Assembly: GCA_031425655.1 (NCBI GenBank)
Contig: JANPJS010000104.1
Coordinates: 1 to 36,071, forward strand
DNA: 36,071 nt
Source: Abditibacteriaceae bacterium
Lineage (GTDB): Bacteria > Armatimonadota > Abditibacteriia > Abditibacteriales > Abditibacteriaceae
Reading direction: 5' to 3'
This document shows, piece after piece, positions 26,637 through 35,953 of this stretch. Within the stretch, counting starts at the first letter, position 1. Each line of letters opens with the position of its first letter. A model generated the notes under the pieces. It saw only the letters and a program-made list of their open reading frames with translations. It did no database searches and was not told the DNA's origin. A program made the translations under genes and the position numbers.

Positions 26637-28160
26637 ATGCTCAAATCAACTCTTTCACCATTAAAAATCTTCGCCGGAGTCGGAGCCGTTTTGTTGGTCA
26701 TGGTTGTCACGCTGGTGCTGTCTTTTAAGCGATTTAACGATCTCGGCAACGCCAATTATTGGGATGTTCATACTTATAAAGTGCTGTTGGAAACCAGCAA
26801 TATGATGCGCGGTTTGGTCAACATCCAATCGGCTTCGCGCGGCTTCGTGCAAACCGGCGACGAGGAGTTTTTGGAGGCCTATAACAGCGGGCGCGCTGAA
26901 TTTGCCGAGCATCACGCCAAAACGCTGGAACTCACGCGCGCGACGGCCAAACAGCAAAAACGCTTGCAACTTTTGAAGCGCCAATATGATATTTGGATGC
27001 GCGGCCACATTGAGTCTCTCATCAAAATGCGCCGCGCCACGCCCAACTCGGCGCAGGCGCTGCAATTAGCGGCGCCCGGCGTTCGCAAACGCACGGTCAT
27101 CATGAATACCATGCGAAAAACCGTGAATTCTATCGAAAATCACGAACGAGACCTGCTGGCAGAGCGCGCGGTGGACGGCAAGAAGCAACTGGCATTCACC
27201 AAGTTGATTTTGGTTTACAACGGCGCTTTGGCCCTCGCTCTGGCGATAGGACTTTCGCTTTTATTAGTCGCGGGAACGCACAAAATGGAATTGCTCAACC
27301 GCCGTCTCAAAGAGCAAATGGAGCGCAGCCGAAAAGCCGAGCGCGATGCCGAAGTCTTCAATAATCACAATAAAATGCTGCTCGAAGCAACGCGCGACGG
27401 CATTGCGGGCGTGAATCGTTCGGGGCGAACCACGTTTTTCAATCCGGCAGCCGAAGCGATCACCGGATACAGCGAAGCCGAAGTGTTAGGCAAGCCGCAA
27501 CACGAGCTGATTCATTTAAAGCGCGCGGACGGCTCGCCTTATCCGGCCTCAGAAAGCCCGATTATGGCGACCTTGAAAGACGGCAAGGTGCGTTTCGCCA
27601 CCGACGAGGTTTTCTGGCATAAAAACGGGTTTGCGGTGCCGGTTGAATTTACAAGTTCGCCGCTCATGGTCAGCGGCGGCGAAGACGAAGAAAGCAAGCA
27701 AGTCGGCGCGGTCGTGGTGTTCCGCGACATCACCGCGCGTAAAAAATCCGAAGCCGCCTTGCAGGAATTGGCTTCGATTGTCACTTACGCCGACGATGCC
27801 ATCATCAGTTTCAGGCTCGACGGCACGATTACCAACTGGAATCGCGCCGCGACCAGCCTTTATGGATTCACAGAAAGTGAAATGCTCGGCCAATATGTAG
27901 ATCGCCTGTCGCCTCCTGTGCTGCGCAATGAATTGCCGGGGATGATTGAGAGCATCAAACGCGACGAACCCGTCGAACGCTATCAAACCACGCGCCTTCG
28001 CAAAGACGGCAAAAGCATTCCCGTGATTCTTTCAATTGCGCCCATCAAAGACCTCAGCGGCAATATCACCGGCGTGTCCAGCATCTCGCGCGAAACCTGG
28101 GCTTCCAAACAAAGCCGCATGGCTCCGGCCAGCAATACGTCGGAAGCGGGCGAGGCGTAA
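26637..28160 (+). CDS. Membrane sensor, TM-CHASE3-TM-PAS-PAS, with no output domain
   Basis: CHASE3 motif WDVHTYKVL...SRGFVQTGDEEFLEAY; PAS/PAC motifs FNPAAEAITGY...VFRDIT and NWNRAATSLYG...SPIKD-like. Confidence 0.85.
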   Translation: MLKSTLSPLKIFAGVGAVLLVMVVTLVLSFKRFNDLGNANYWDVHTYKVLLETSNMMRGLVNIQSASRGFVQTGDEEFLEAYNSGRAEFAEHHAKTLELTRATAKQQKRLQLLKRQYDIWMRGHIESLIKMRRATPNSAQALQLAAPGVRKRTVIMNTMRKTVNSIENHERDLLAERAVDGKKQLAFTKLILVYNGALALALAIGLSLLLVAGTHKMELLNRRLKEQMERSRKAERDAEVFNNHNKMLLEATRDGIAGVNRSGRTTFFNPAAEAITGYSEAEVLGKPQHELIHLKRADGSPYPASESPIMATLKDGKVRFATDEVFWHKNGFAVPVEFTSSPLMVSGGEDEESKQVGAVVVFRDITARKKSEAALQELASIVTYADDAIISFRLDGTITNWNRAATSLYGFTESEMLGQYVDRLSPPVLRNELPGMIESIKRDEPVERYQTTRLRKDGKSIPVILSIAPIKDLSGNITGVSSISRETWASKQSRMAPASNTSEAGEA

Positions 28161-28210
28161 AACCGTCTTAAAAGGCGCAAGTTAGCGCACTTTTCAATGT
28201 CGCTCTATTG

Positions 28211-30907
28211 CTACTGCTTTAGCTTATTCAGCGACACGAAGCCGCACCATAGCTCGTTGGTGGCGGGATTGAAACGCAGAATTTGCGGCTTAACGTAGGG
28301 CAAATTTCCGGTGATGTCCTGCCATGTCGCGCCGCCATCAACAGTCTTGTAAACCGCGCCGGTGGCCGCGCCGTCCCACGTCGTCGTGGAAATCCACAGA
28401 GTTTTTGGGTCGCGCGGATCGGCTTCGAGGCCGACAATAGGGCGACCGTTAGAAAATTTCGTGAGCTGCTGCCATGTCGCGCCGTGATCGCTGCTGCGCC
28501 ACAGGTTCTGGCCCGGACAATAAACCGTGCCGTCTTTGGTCACCAGCACGTTGAAAATCCACTGTTCGTTGGTGAAAACGGCCTTCCATGTTTGCCCGCC
28601 GTCCTCGCTGCGATGAAGGCCGCCGTTGGTGCCGCAGGCGCCCCAGTAAAGCCGCTTGGAATCGGTCGGGTCTACCGCCAATCCGTAATATATGCGGCGA
28701 CCGGCGGGCTGATTGGGCAATTGCTTCCACGTCGCGCCGCCGTCTTCCGATTTAAAAATGCCGCCGCCGCTTTTGCCCGCCGAAGCATCGCCGTCCATGC
28801 CCAGATAAACCACGTTCGGATTTTTGGGATCAACCGCCAGAGCGCGCGGGTAACCTGTGCCCCACATCGTGTTATCGCGCACGAGGTAATCGGGTAGGCC
28901 GGAAGTCGTGACTTTGTAGGTTTTACCACCATCATTGCTGACGATCACGCGGTTGATATGGCTTTGATCCCACGGGCTAACTGTGGAGATGATGCGATCC
29001 ACGCCATTAACCTCGTTGACCGCCACGCGCCAGTTATGGCCGCTGAGTTGAGGCTCCCACTTCAAAGCCCAGAGCTGGCGCCAGCTTTTGCCGTTGTTCT
29101 CGCTGACCAGCGTGCCTTCATCCATCGCCGTGACGTAAGTGCGCCCGTTGGAAAAGCGAATATCGGTGATGCAGGAGATGTCGGCGCCGCGACAACGCTC
29201 GGCCCACGTCAGGCCGCCGTCTTCACTCAGACACGGACGCCAGTTGGCGCTGAGGAACAATTCTTTGGGGTTGAGCGGATTGATAGCGATATTCGTCGGC
29301 GCGCTCAAAGGCGTTTTGACTGATTCCGCCGGAAGCGTGGGATTGCCAACGGAGTCGGCATTGACGGTCGAAGACGCTTTCCAATTCTTGCCGCCGTCGT
29401 TGGACAAATAAAAACCACCGTTCCACCCGACCGAACCGATGGCGTAAACGTCGAGCGGATTGCTCGGACTCACGGCTACTTCCAGCACTGAGAAGTCCTT
29501 CGGCAAGCCCGCCGAGAGGTTAGCCCAGGTTTTCCCTTTATCGGACGATTTCCAGATGCCGTCCGTGAAAAACGACCCGTAAATGATGTTGGGATTAGCC
29601 GCATCCACCGCCGCGCTGGAGGCTTTCTTCGGCGTATTCAAGGCGCGCCAGCTTTGTCCAGCGTCTTCGCTGAGCAGCAGTCCGGTGTCCGATGTGGCCG
29701 CCAGCACCAGCGAGGCATCTTTGTCCGCCACGGCCACGCTATAAACCACGCCCGCTACCGGTTCGCCGATGCGGATATTGCCGTAGCTCTGGATGGTTTT
29801 GTTCGCGGCGAAATCACGCACCGTCACCAGAATCGGCTTCTCGGCGGAAGCGGTTTGTCCTTCCGGCGAGCGAGTGACGGCGAAGAAAATCCTGCCGATG
29901 CGGGCGACTGCCGCCGCAGTCGGCAAAGGCCCGGAACACGCGAAATCCATGCGGTTGACTGTCGCCCAATCCGGCGTCGCGGGCGGCGTTTTGCCGGGAT
30001 TCTTCTTAATGTAATCGGGATCAACGCTGAAATCGCCGCCTTTCAGCACTACGTCGCGCAACTGGTCGTCGGGAAACAATTCTTTGAGGTTTTTGCTGCG
30101 ATAGGATATGCCATCGCTGGTTTTGAGCGTCAAAAAGCAATCCTGCGGCAGCGTCTTGTCGCCTTTAAACGAGAGGCCGATTCCCACGCAATCCGCCGAT
30201 TTCAGGCCCGTCGGAAACGTCAGAGGCAGCCATATCCCGCCGAAATAATCGCCGTTGACCTTGCCGAATTGCACGCGCAAAAGTCCGGCGGTTTCGGCCT
30301 CGGATTGTTTCTCGTAAGCGGCTTTCCACGTCTGTCCGCCGTCGCTGCTTTTATAAACCTTGCCGCCGGGACTGGCCGCATAAACCACGTTGCCGTCATT
30401 GGGCGCCACGGCAATCGAGCGAATGCTGCGGGTTTTTTCGCCGGTAATTCGCAAATCCTTGCGTTCGGTGCGCGGCAGCAGTTGCCAGTGTTCGCCGCCA
30501 TCAACGCTCTTGCATAACCCACCCTCGGTGGCCGCGTAAACGGTTTGCGGATTGGTGCGATCTACCGCTAAGGAAAACACGCCGTAGTCGGCCAGCCCTT
30601 TGTTGATGAGCCGCCAGTTTCGGCCATGATCTTCGCTCTTGTAAACGCCGGCCACGTCGCCGCCCATGTAAATCACACCGTTGCGAGCAGGATGAAAAAC
30701 CGCCGCATAATAAAATCCGCCGCCGCCCCAGCCTGCCGGTTCCCACTGCGGCGTGGCGTTCGCCGGCGTGGCGCCGGCAGGCGGAAGCACGCCCTGATTC
30801 GCAGCCACAGGCCGGATAATCGCTTCGACGGCGTGCGCGGGGAATTGCGATTCGAGCGTCAGGAAAAGCGCCGTTACGGCGAACAAGAAGCGGTGCAGCT
30901 TGAGCAT
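28211..30907 (-). CDS. Secreted BNR/Asp-box (VPS10/GH74-like) beta-propeller protein with inserted beta-sandwich-like domain
   Basis: Many SxDGGxxW Asp-box repeats, WEPAGWGGGG start motif, signal peptide from ATG 30907 (MLKLHRFLF...AHA). Confidence 0.85.
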   Translation of the reverse strand: MLKLHRFLFAVTALFLTLESQFPAHAVEAIIRPVAANQGVLPPAGATPANATPQWEPAGWGGGGFYYAAVFHPARNGVIYMGGDVAGVYKSEDHGRNWRLINKGLADYGVFSLAVDRTNPQTVYAATEGGLCKSVDGGEHWQLLPRTERKDLRITGEKTRSIRSIAVAPNDGNVVYAASPGGKVYKSSDGGQTWKAAYEKQSEAETAGLLRVQFGKVNGDYFGGIWLPLTFPTGLKSADCVGIGLSFKGDKTLPQDCFLTLKTSDGISYRSKNLKELFPDDQLRDVVLKGGDFSVDPDYIKKNPGKTPPATPDWATVNRMDFACSGPLPTAAAVARIGRIFFAVTRSPEGQTASAEKPILVTVRDFAANKTIQSYGNIRIGEPVAGVVYSVAVADKDASLVLAATSDTGLLLSEDAGQSWRALNTPKKASSAAVDAANPNIIYGSFFTDGIWKSSDKGKTWANLSAGLPKDFSVLEVAVSPSNPLDVYAIGSVGWNGGFYLSNDGGKNWKASSTVNADSVGNPTLPAESVKTPLSAPTNIAINPLNPKELFLSANWRPCLSEDGGLTWAERCRGADISCITDIRFSNGRTYVTAMDEGTLVSENNGKSWRQLWALKWEPQLSGHNWRVAVNEVNGVDRIISTVSPWDQSHINRVIVSNDGGKTYKVTTSGLPDYLVRDNTMWGTGYPRALAVDPKNPNVVYLGMDGDASAGKSGGGIFKSEDGGATWKQLPNQPAGRRIYYGLAVDPTDSKRLYWGACGTNGGLHRSEDGGQTWKAVFTNEQWIFNVLVTKDGTVYCPGQNLWRSSDHGATWQQLTKFSNGRPIVGLEADPRDPKTLWISTTTWDGAATGAVYKTVDGGATWQDITGNLPYVKPQILRFNPATNELWCGFVSLNKLKQ

Positions 30908-31065
30908 GAGAATAGTCCTTGATGGCCCCAGATCCCGGTCTAAGACCGGTTTTGGGTATTTTAAGTTTGGCGCGGTTCGACACTCAGCAATAGCGGATAA
31001 TGACGCTAAAATCAAAGCAAAGCGGCGAGTTCGAGCGGGCCGTTGGCATCGCGGCACGCGACGGT

Positions 31066-31102
31066 GTTACAATGCGGCGTGAATTTCACGCCGCATTGTA
31101 AC
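31066..31102. repeat. Perfect 18-bp inverted repeat, possible terminator or REP-like hairpin
   Basis: GTTACAATGCGGCGTGAA-T-TTCACGCCGCATTGTAAC, 18 nt downstream of the large Calx-beta gene stop. Confidence 0.85.
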
Positions 31103-31120
31103 TTTATTATTGGTTTTGAC

Positions 31121-34100
31121 CTACTCAGCCGCGATTTGTATAGAGCCGCCATCCCACGTCACGCGAACGTCGTCGCCGATCTGCATGGCGCCGTCGAGAA
31201 GCAGCAACGTGACGGTCTGACCATTGCGCTCAACGTTTTGAACCGGTGTCGCGGCGTCATTAATCGCAACCGTGAAGTCGCCCGCAGGCACCGCGCCGGT
31301 GAAGTTCAGCGTGATGCTGCTGGCCGACACGCTGGCAGCGCCACTGACCGAAGTTGGGATCGGCGCAGACGCGGCTGTCACTTTCCGGAAGTTCCTTGAA
31401 GAGGTGGCCGTATTAGCTCCGCGATCATAAGCAGTCGCAGAGAGATAATAGGTGCCATCAGCGAATGCGGCGCCGGTAGGCCACCCGCTGCTCTTACTCC
31501 AACTGACATTAGCTCCGCCCGTTGCCGGATTGAGTGTGGCCGCCAGAGTTGGAATTACCACCGCACCGCCCGGCGTGATCCAGTTCGTGCCATTCCAGTA
31601 TTCATAAACGCCAGCCGTCGCGGTGACGCGATACAAACGCAAATCTACTCTGGCGACGCCACTAATCCCGTCGGCAGCTACGCCGGTGATTGTTGGCATG
31701 GGGCTGGAGATCGTAGCACCGCTCGCCGGTGTCGTGCCGACTGGTGTGGTCGTGGAGGTGGTGAAGCTCACTGTTGGCACAACCGCATCTGTGAATTTCT
31801 TGAAGTTCCTTGAAGAAGAGGCCATTTTACCGGCCCGATCATAAGCAGAAACCGACAAATAATACGTTCCGTCAGCCAAGTTGCTGCCCGTTGGCCAACC
31901 GCCACTCTTGTTCCAACTCACATTGGCACTGCCTGCGGCTGGATTTAGCACGGTATTGAGAGTGGGAATCACCACTGTGCCGCCCGGAGTTATCCAGCTC
32001 GTGCCGTTCCAATACTCAAAGACACCTGCCGTAGCCGTGGCGCGATACAAACGCAGAGTGACCTTTGCCACGCCGCTCCCGGCATCGGCAGCCACGCCGG
32101 TAATTGCAGGCACGTTATTGTAGACGTTGGAGCCGCTGGCTGGTGTGGTGCCTACCGGTGCGGTGGCGGAGGTCGTAAAGCTGACTGTAGGCGGCGTAGT
32201 ATCGAAGTCATCGTTGGTGATGGTGCCCAAGTCCTGCCCGGCACTAATGGCCGCATTGACCGGGCTGCTTAGCTTCACGAAGAAAGTTTCATCGGCTTCG
32301 GGCACATAGTCGCCCACGATCGGCACATTGACCGTTTTGGTCGTATCGCCTGGAGCAAAGGTCAGATTACCTTTGGTGGACAGAAAGTCGCTGCTCACAG
32401 TGGCTGGATTGGTGGTGCCGCTGACAGCGCCGTAAGCGACCGTCACTGTTTTAGAACTGGGTGTTGAAAGCGTGACTGTAAACGGCAGGTTGCTGGTGCC
32501 GTTATTCCCTTCGGCAACTGTGCCGTTTGTGCCGTTCGTGATACTTAGTGTTGAAGTATCATCGTCCACAATGGTCGCTTCGCCGGAAAGATCTCCAGCG
32601 ATTGCGTTTACTACGCTGCTGAGGTTTACCTGAAACTTCTCATTATTCTCGTCCTTCACGTCCCCCATGACTTTGACGACAATAGTGGTGAAGATTTGCC
32701 CCGCTGGAATGATAAGGGTGTCGCTGGCCGTGAGATAATCGTTGTCGGCCACTTTAGCAGTGCCATCGGCAGTTGTGTAATTTGCGAGCACGTTCTTGCC
32801 GCTGGCCGCTGACAAAGTCACTTGAAAAACAGCATTCGTTGTGCCGCTGTTGCCTTCTGCGAGCGGCGTGACGTTGCTGATGGAGAGCGTAGGCGCGACA
32901 TCATCGTTGAGAATCGTGCCGCTGCCTTGATTGGCCGTCACGGCTACAGAAGCGTTCGTGAGGTTCACGAAGAAAGTCTCGTCATCCTCATTAAGCGTAT
33001 CGCCCACGACCTTAATCGTAAGAGGCTTGGTCGCTTCGCCCGGCGCAAAGGTGATTGTGCCGGTAGCCGTTTGATAATCAGCCGGTGTAGTCGCAGTGCC
33101 ATCGGCGGTGGCGTAATTTACCGTTATGGTTTTGCCGCTGGCTGCTGACAAAGTTACTTGAAAAACGGCATCGGTAGTGCTGCTGTTGCCTTCCGAGATG
33201 GACGTAGCGTTGCTGATGGAGAGCGTGGGCGCGGCATCATCGTTGAGAATCGTGCCGCTGCCTTGATTGGCCGTCACGGTTACAGAAGCGTTCGTGAGGT
33301 TCACGAAGAAAGTCTCGTCATCCTCATTGAGCGTATCGCCTGCGATTTGCACCGTAAGAGACTTGGTCGTTTGACCCGGCGTAAAAGTGATGATTGTAGT
33401 GCTTAGTGGCGTGTAATCGTTGTCTGCGACTTTGGCGGTGCCGTCAGAGGTGGCATAGTCCACTGTCACCGCCTGATCACGGGGAGTGGAAAGCGTCACG
33501 GTGAAAGCCGCGGTTTTAGCTCCGGTGTTGCCTTCGACCAATGACAGTGCATTGTTGATGCTGAGGGTGGCGACATCGTCGTCCGCGATGGTCCCGGTGC
33601 CTTGAGTTTGGTTAAGAGTTGCCCCGGTCGCATTGCTCAACGTGACAATAAACGTCTCATTGTTGTTGCCTTCATCTACGTTGTCGTTCACGATAGGGAC
33701 GCTAATTGTGCCGGTCAACTGACCTGCCAGAATCGTCAGCGTTTTGGTGGTTTGTGCAGTGTAATCCGCTGGTGCGGTAGCGCCTCCCAATACATCAGCC
33801 GTGTTGTATTGCACAGCCATGTCCTGCCCGCTGATCTGTGAAAGGCTCACAACAAAGCCTATTGCTCCGCTCGCGTTACCCTCATTAAGGCTTGCATTAG
33901 CAATGCTGACAGTTGGTGGATTGTCATCGTTGACGATGGTGCCCTGTCCCACATTGGTGGAGATGGTAGCATTGACGGCAGCGGAGAGGACGACGGAGAA
34001 GGTTTCATCCGACTCAAAGGTGGTGTCGCCTTTGACATTAACCGTAATGGAGCCGGACGTTTGCCCCGCCGGAATGGTAATAGTGCCGCTGATTCCGACA

Positions 34101-35545
34101 TAATCGTTGGACGCGGTGGCACTGCCATTGGCGGTGCCAAAACTTGCCGTCACGGTCTTGCCACTGACTGCCGACAATGAAACGGTGAACGTGACGTTCG
34201 TAGAAAGGGCGTTGCCCTCTGGGTTTAACGTCACATTGTTGATGGAAAGCGACGGCAGGGCATCATCATTTAGGATGGTGCCTATGCCAATAGATTTACC
34301 CAGCGCCGTTCCGACGCTGGGGTTAGCCAGCGTAACTTTGAACGTCTCGTCTACTTCGTTCTTCATATCGCCGGTTACAGCAACGGCGACAGTTCCCGCA
34401 GTTATGCCCGGTGCGAACGTCAATGTTTGAATTCCAGTCAGCGAGTAGTCGTTATCTGACACCGTGGCTGTGCCATCGGAGGAAGCGTATTCCACAGTCG
34501 TGGTTTGATCACTGGCTTCTGAAAGTGTCACCGAAAAAGTCGCGGTGGCAGTGCCACTGTCGCCTTCAGTAACCGTGACGTTGTTGATGCTGAAAAATGG
34601 TAAGGGAGGCGTGCCGCCACTGCCCCAGTCGGGATATTGGTCGGTTGTAGTTGGAGAATTAGTAACATTAGTCTGATTACTACCGTTCGCATCCATCGTG
34701 AAGATTTCAAAGTCTCCCGAACGGTCGGATGTAAAAGCGAGCTTTTGACCATCTGAGCGCCAAGTGGGCCGATTATTAGTGTAGGGAGTTGTGGGAGGAG
34801 AAGCAGTCAGTTGAACAGGATTTGTGCCGGATACATCCATGACCCAGACATCCTCTGTTCCACTGCGATCACTGGAAAAAGCGATCTTCGTGCCATCAGG
34901 ACTCCATACCGGAGAATAATCGGAAGCCGCGTTAGCACTGAGATTCACCAGACCGAGACCATTCGCCGCCATCTTATAAATTTCATTATCACCGTCCCGG
35001 ATTGACCGAAAGACGATCTGGCTATCGTCTGGACTCCAAGACGGTTCTTGATCGTTTTTGGCGTTATCCTCTCCTGCGTTTCCAGTCAACCTCGTTCGGC
35101 CAGAACCGTCAGCATTCATTTTGAAAATATCAAGACTTGTTCCGGTGCCGGACGCAGGCTTGAAGGCAAATGCGATCTTCGTGTCGTCGTGACTCCATGA
35201 TGGATCACGATGATTGCCCGAAAGCGAAGCGATTTCCACTCCATTGCCCTCGCCGAATCCTCCTACCGGAGTTCCATCGGTGTTCAGGTCAATCTTCCAC
35301 AGTGAAAAATTAAGGAAGCTGCCCTGTTGTCGCTTGAACACCACTTTAAGGCCGTCATGACTGAGCGCCGGATCGCTTTCCGGCAAGGGATCGCTGGTCA
35401 ACTGTATTTTGCTGTTGTCGGAGTCCAGCAGCCAAATGTCGCCACTCGATTCGTAAACAATGCGCTCGGCGGACGCCAAGCCAGGGCTGAATACCGTAGC
35501 TGCCACCATTAAAGGCAGGACAAATACCGGGGATGAAAACCGCAT
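31121..35545 (-). CDS. Large secreted protein: TolB-like PD40 propeller + seven Calx-beta domains + two Ig-like repeats
   Basis: GGAGGAG SD before ATG 35545, signal peptide, PxWSPDG repeats, seven (S)IxN...EG...(I)xNDD Calx-beta units, two PTVSFTTS...AYDRxG repeats. Confidence 0.92.
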   Translation of the reverse strand: MRFSSPVFVLPLMVAATVFSPGLASAERIVYESSGDIWLLDSDNSKIQLTSDPLPESDPALSHDGLKVVFKRQQGSFLNFSLWKIDLNTDGTPVGGFGEGNGVEIASLSGNHRDPSWSHDDTKIAFAFKPASGTGTSLDIFKMNADGSGRTRLTGNAGEDNAKNDQEPSWSPDDSQIVFRSIRDGDNEIYKMAANGLGLVNLSANAASDYSPVWSPDGTKIAFSSDRSGTEDVWVMDVSGTNPVQLTASPPTTPYTNNRPTWRSDGQKLAFTSDRSGDFEIFTMDANGSNQTNVTNSPTTTDQYPDWGSGGTPPLPFFSINNVTVTEGDSGTATATFSVTLSEASDQTTTVEYASSDGTATVSDNDYSLTGIQTLTFAPGITAGTVAVAVTGDMKNEVDETFKVTLANPSVGTALGKSIGIGTILNDDALPSLSINNVTLNPEGNALSTNVTFTVSLSAVSGKTVTASFGTANGSATASNDYVGISGTITIPAGQTSGSITVNVKGDTTFESDETFSVVLSAAVNATISTNVGQGTIVNDDNPPTVSIANASLNEGNASGAIGFVVSLSQISGQDMAVQYNTADVLGGATAPADYTAQTTKTLTILAGQLTGTISVPIVNDNVDEGNNNETFIVTLSNATGATLNQTQGTGTIADDDVATLSINNALSLVEGNTGAKTAAFTVTLSTPRDQAVTVDYATSDGTAKVADNDYTPLSTTIITFTPGQTTKSLTVQIAGDTLNEDDETFFVNLTNASVTVTANQGSGTILNDDAAPTLSISNATSISEGNSSTTDAVFQVTLSAASGKTITVNYATADGTATTPADYQTATGTITFAPGEATKPLTIKVVGDTLNEDDETFFVNLTNASVAVTANQGSGTILNDDVAPTLSISNVTPLAEGNSGTTNAVFQVTLSAASGKNVLANYTTADGTAKVADNDYLTASDTLIIPAGQIFTTIVVKVMGDVKDENNEKFQVNLSSVVNAIAGDLSGEATIVDDDTSTLSITNGTNGTVAEGNNGTSNLPFTVTLSTPSSKTVTVAYGAVSGTTNPATVSSDFLSTKGNLTFAPGDTTKTVNVPIVGDYVPEADETFFVKLSSPVNAAISAGQDLGTITNDDFDTTPPTVSFTTSATAPVGTTPASGSNVYNNVPAITGVAADAGSGVAKVTLRLYRATATAGVFEYWNGTSWITPGGTVVIPTLNTVLNPAAGSANVSWNKSGGWPTGSNLADGTYYLSVSAYDRAGKMASSSRNFKKFTDAVVPTVSFTTSTTTPVGTTPASGATISSPMPTITGVAADGISGVARVDLRLYRVTATAGVYEYWNGTNWITPGGAVVIPTLAATLNPATGGANVSWSKSSGWPTGAAFADGTYYLSATAYDRGANTATSSRNFRKVTAASAPIPTSVSGAASVSASSITLNFTGAVPAGDFTVAINDAATPVQNVERNGQTVTLLLLDGAMQIGDDVRVTWDGGSIQIAAE

Positions 35546-35746
35546 ACTAATTACTCCTCCATGTCCAAAAGGACGATTTACCACGACTTGTTAAGGCCTG
35601 TTCATAAAAGGCCTATGCATAAAAGGTCTATAAAAGACTCTTCACAAAAGAATTAGTCACGTTTAATGCTTACACCTTAGTGCATCATTAATTTTTGAGT
35701 TGCTGCTGTGTTCTTGCGGCAGAATAATGCCATGACCTGATACTAC

Positions 35747-35920
35747 TTAACCCAAGTTGCTACCTGTTTTGCCCCCGATTGAAATCGGGGGGTCACCGTT
35801 ACAAAAACGGCCTGCGCCGGTTAAAAAGAGTCCGCGACGGGCGCGCTCTGGGCAGGTGACTTTGTAGTGACAGACCCCGAATTTATTCGAGGTAGAGGCA
35901 TTGATAGCAACTTGGGTTAA
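35747..35920. mobile_element. 174-bp MITE/REPIN-like non-coding element with 16-bp terminal inverted repeats
   Basis: TTAACCCAAGTTGCTA (35747-35762) and TAGCAACTTGGGTTAA (35905-35920), with internal hairpins CCCCCGAT-TGAA-ATCGGGGG and ACCCCGAAT-TT-ATTCGAGGT. Confidence 0.6.
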
Positions 35921-35953
35921 TAACGCAAGTCTTTTGGGGACTCGTTGAACCAG

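Noticed and set aside
31121..35545. tolB of a Tol-Pal system
   Set aside because: PD40 repeats are fused to Calx-beta and Ig-like stalks, with no TolB N-terminal domain or pal gene.
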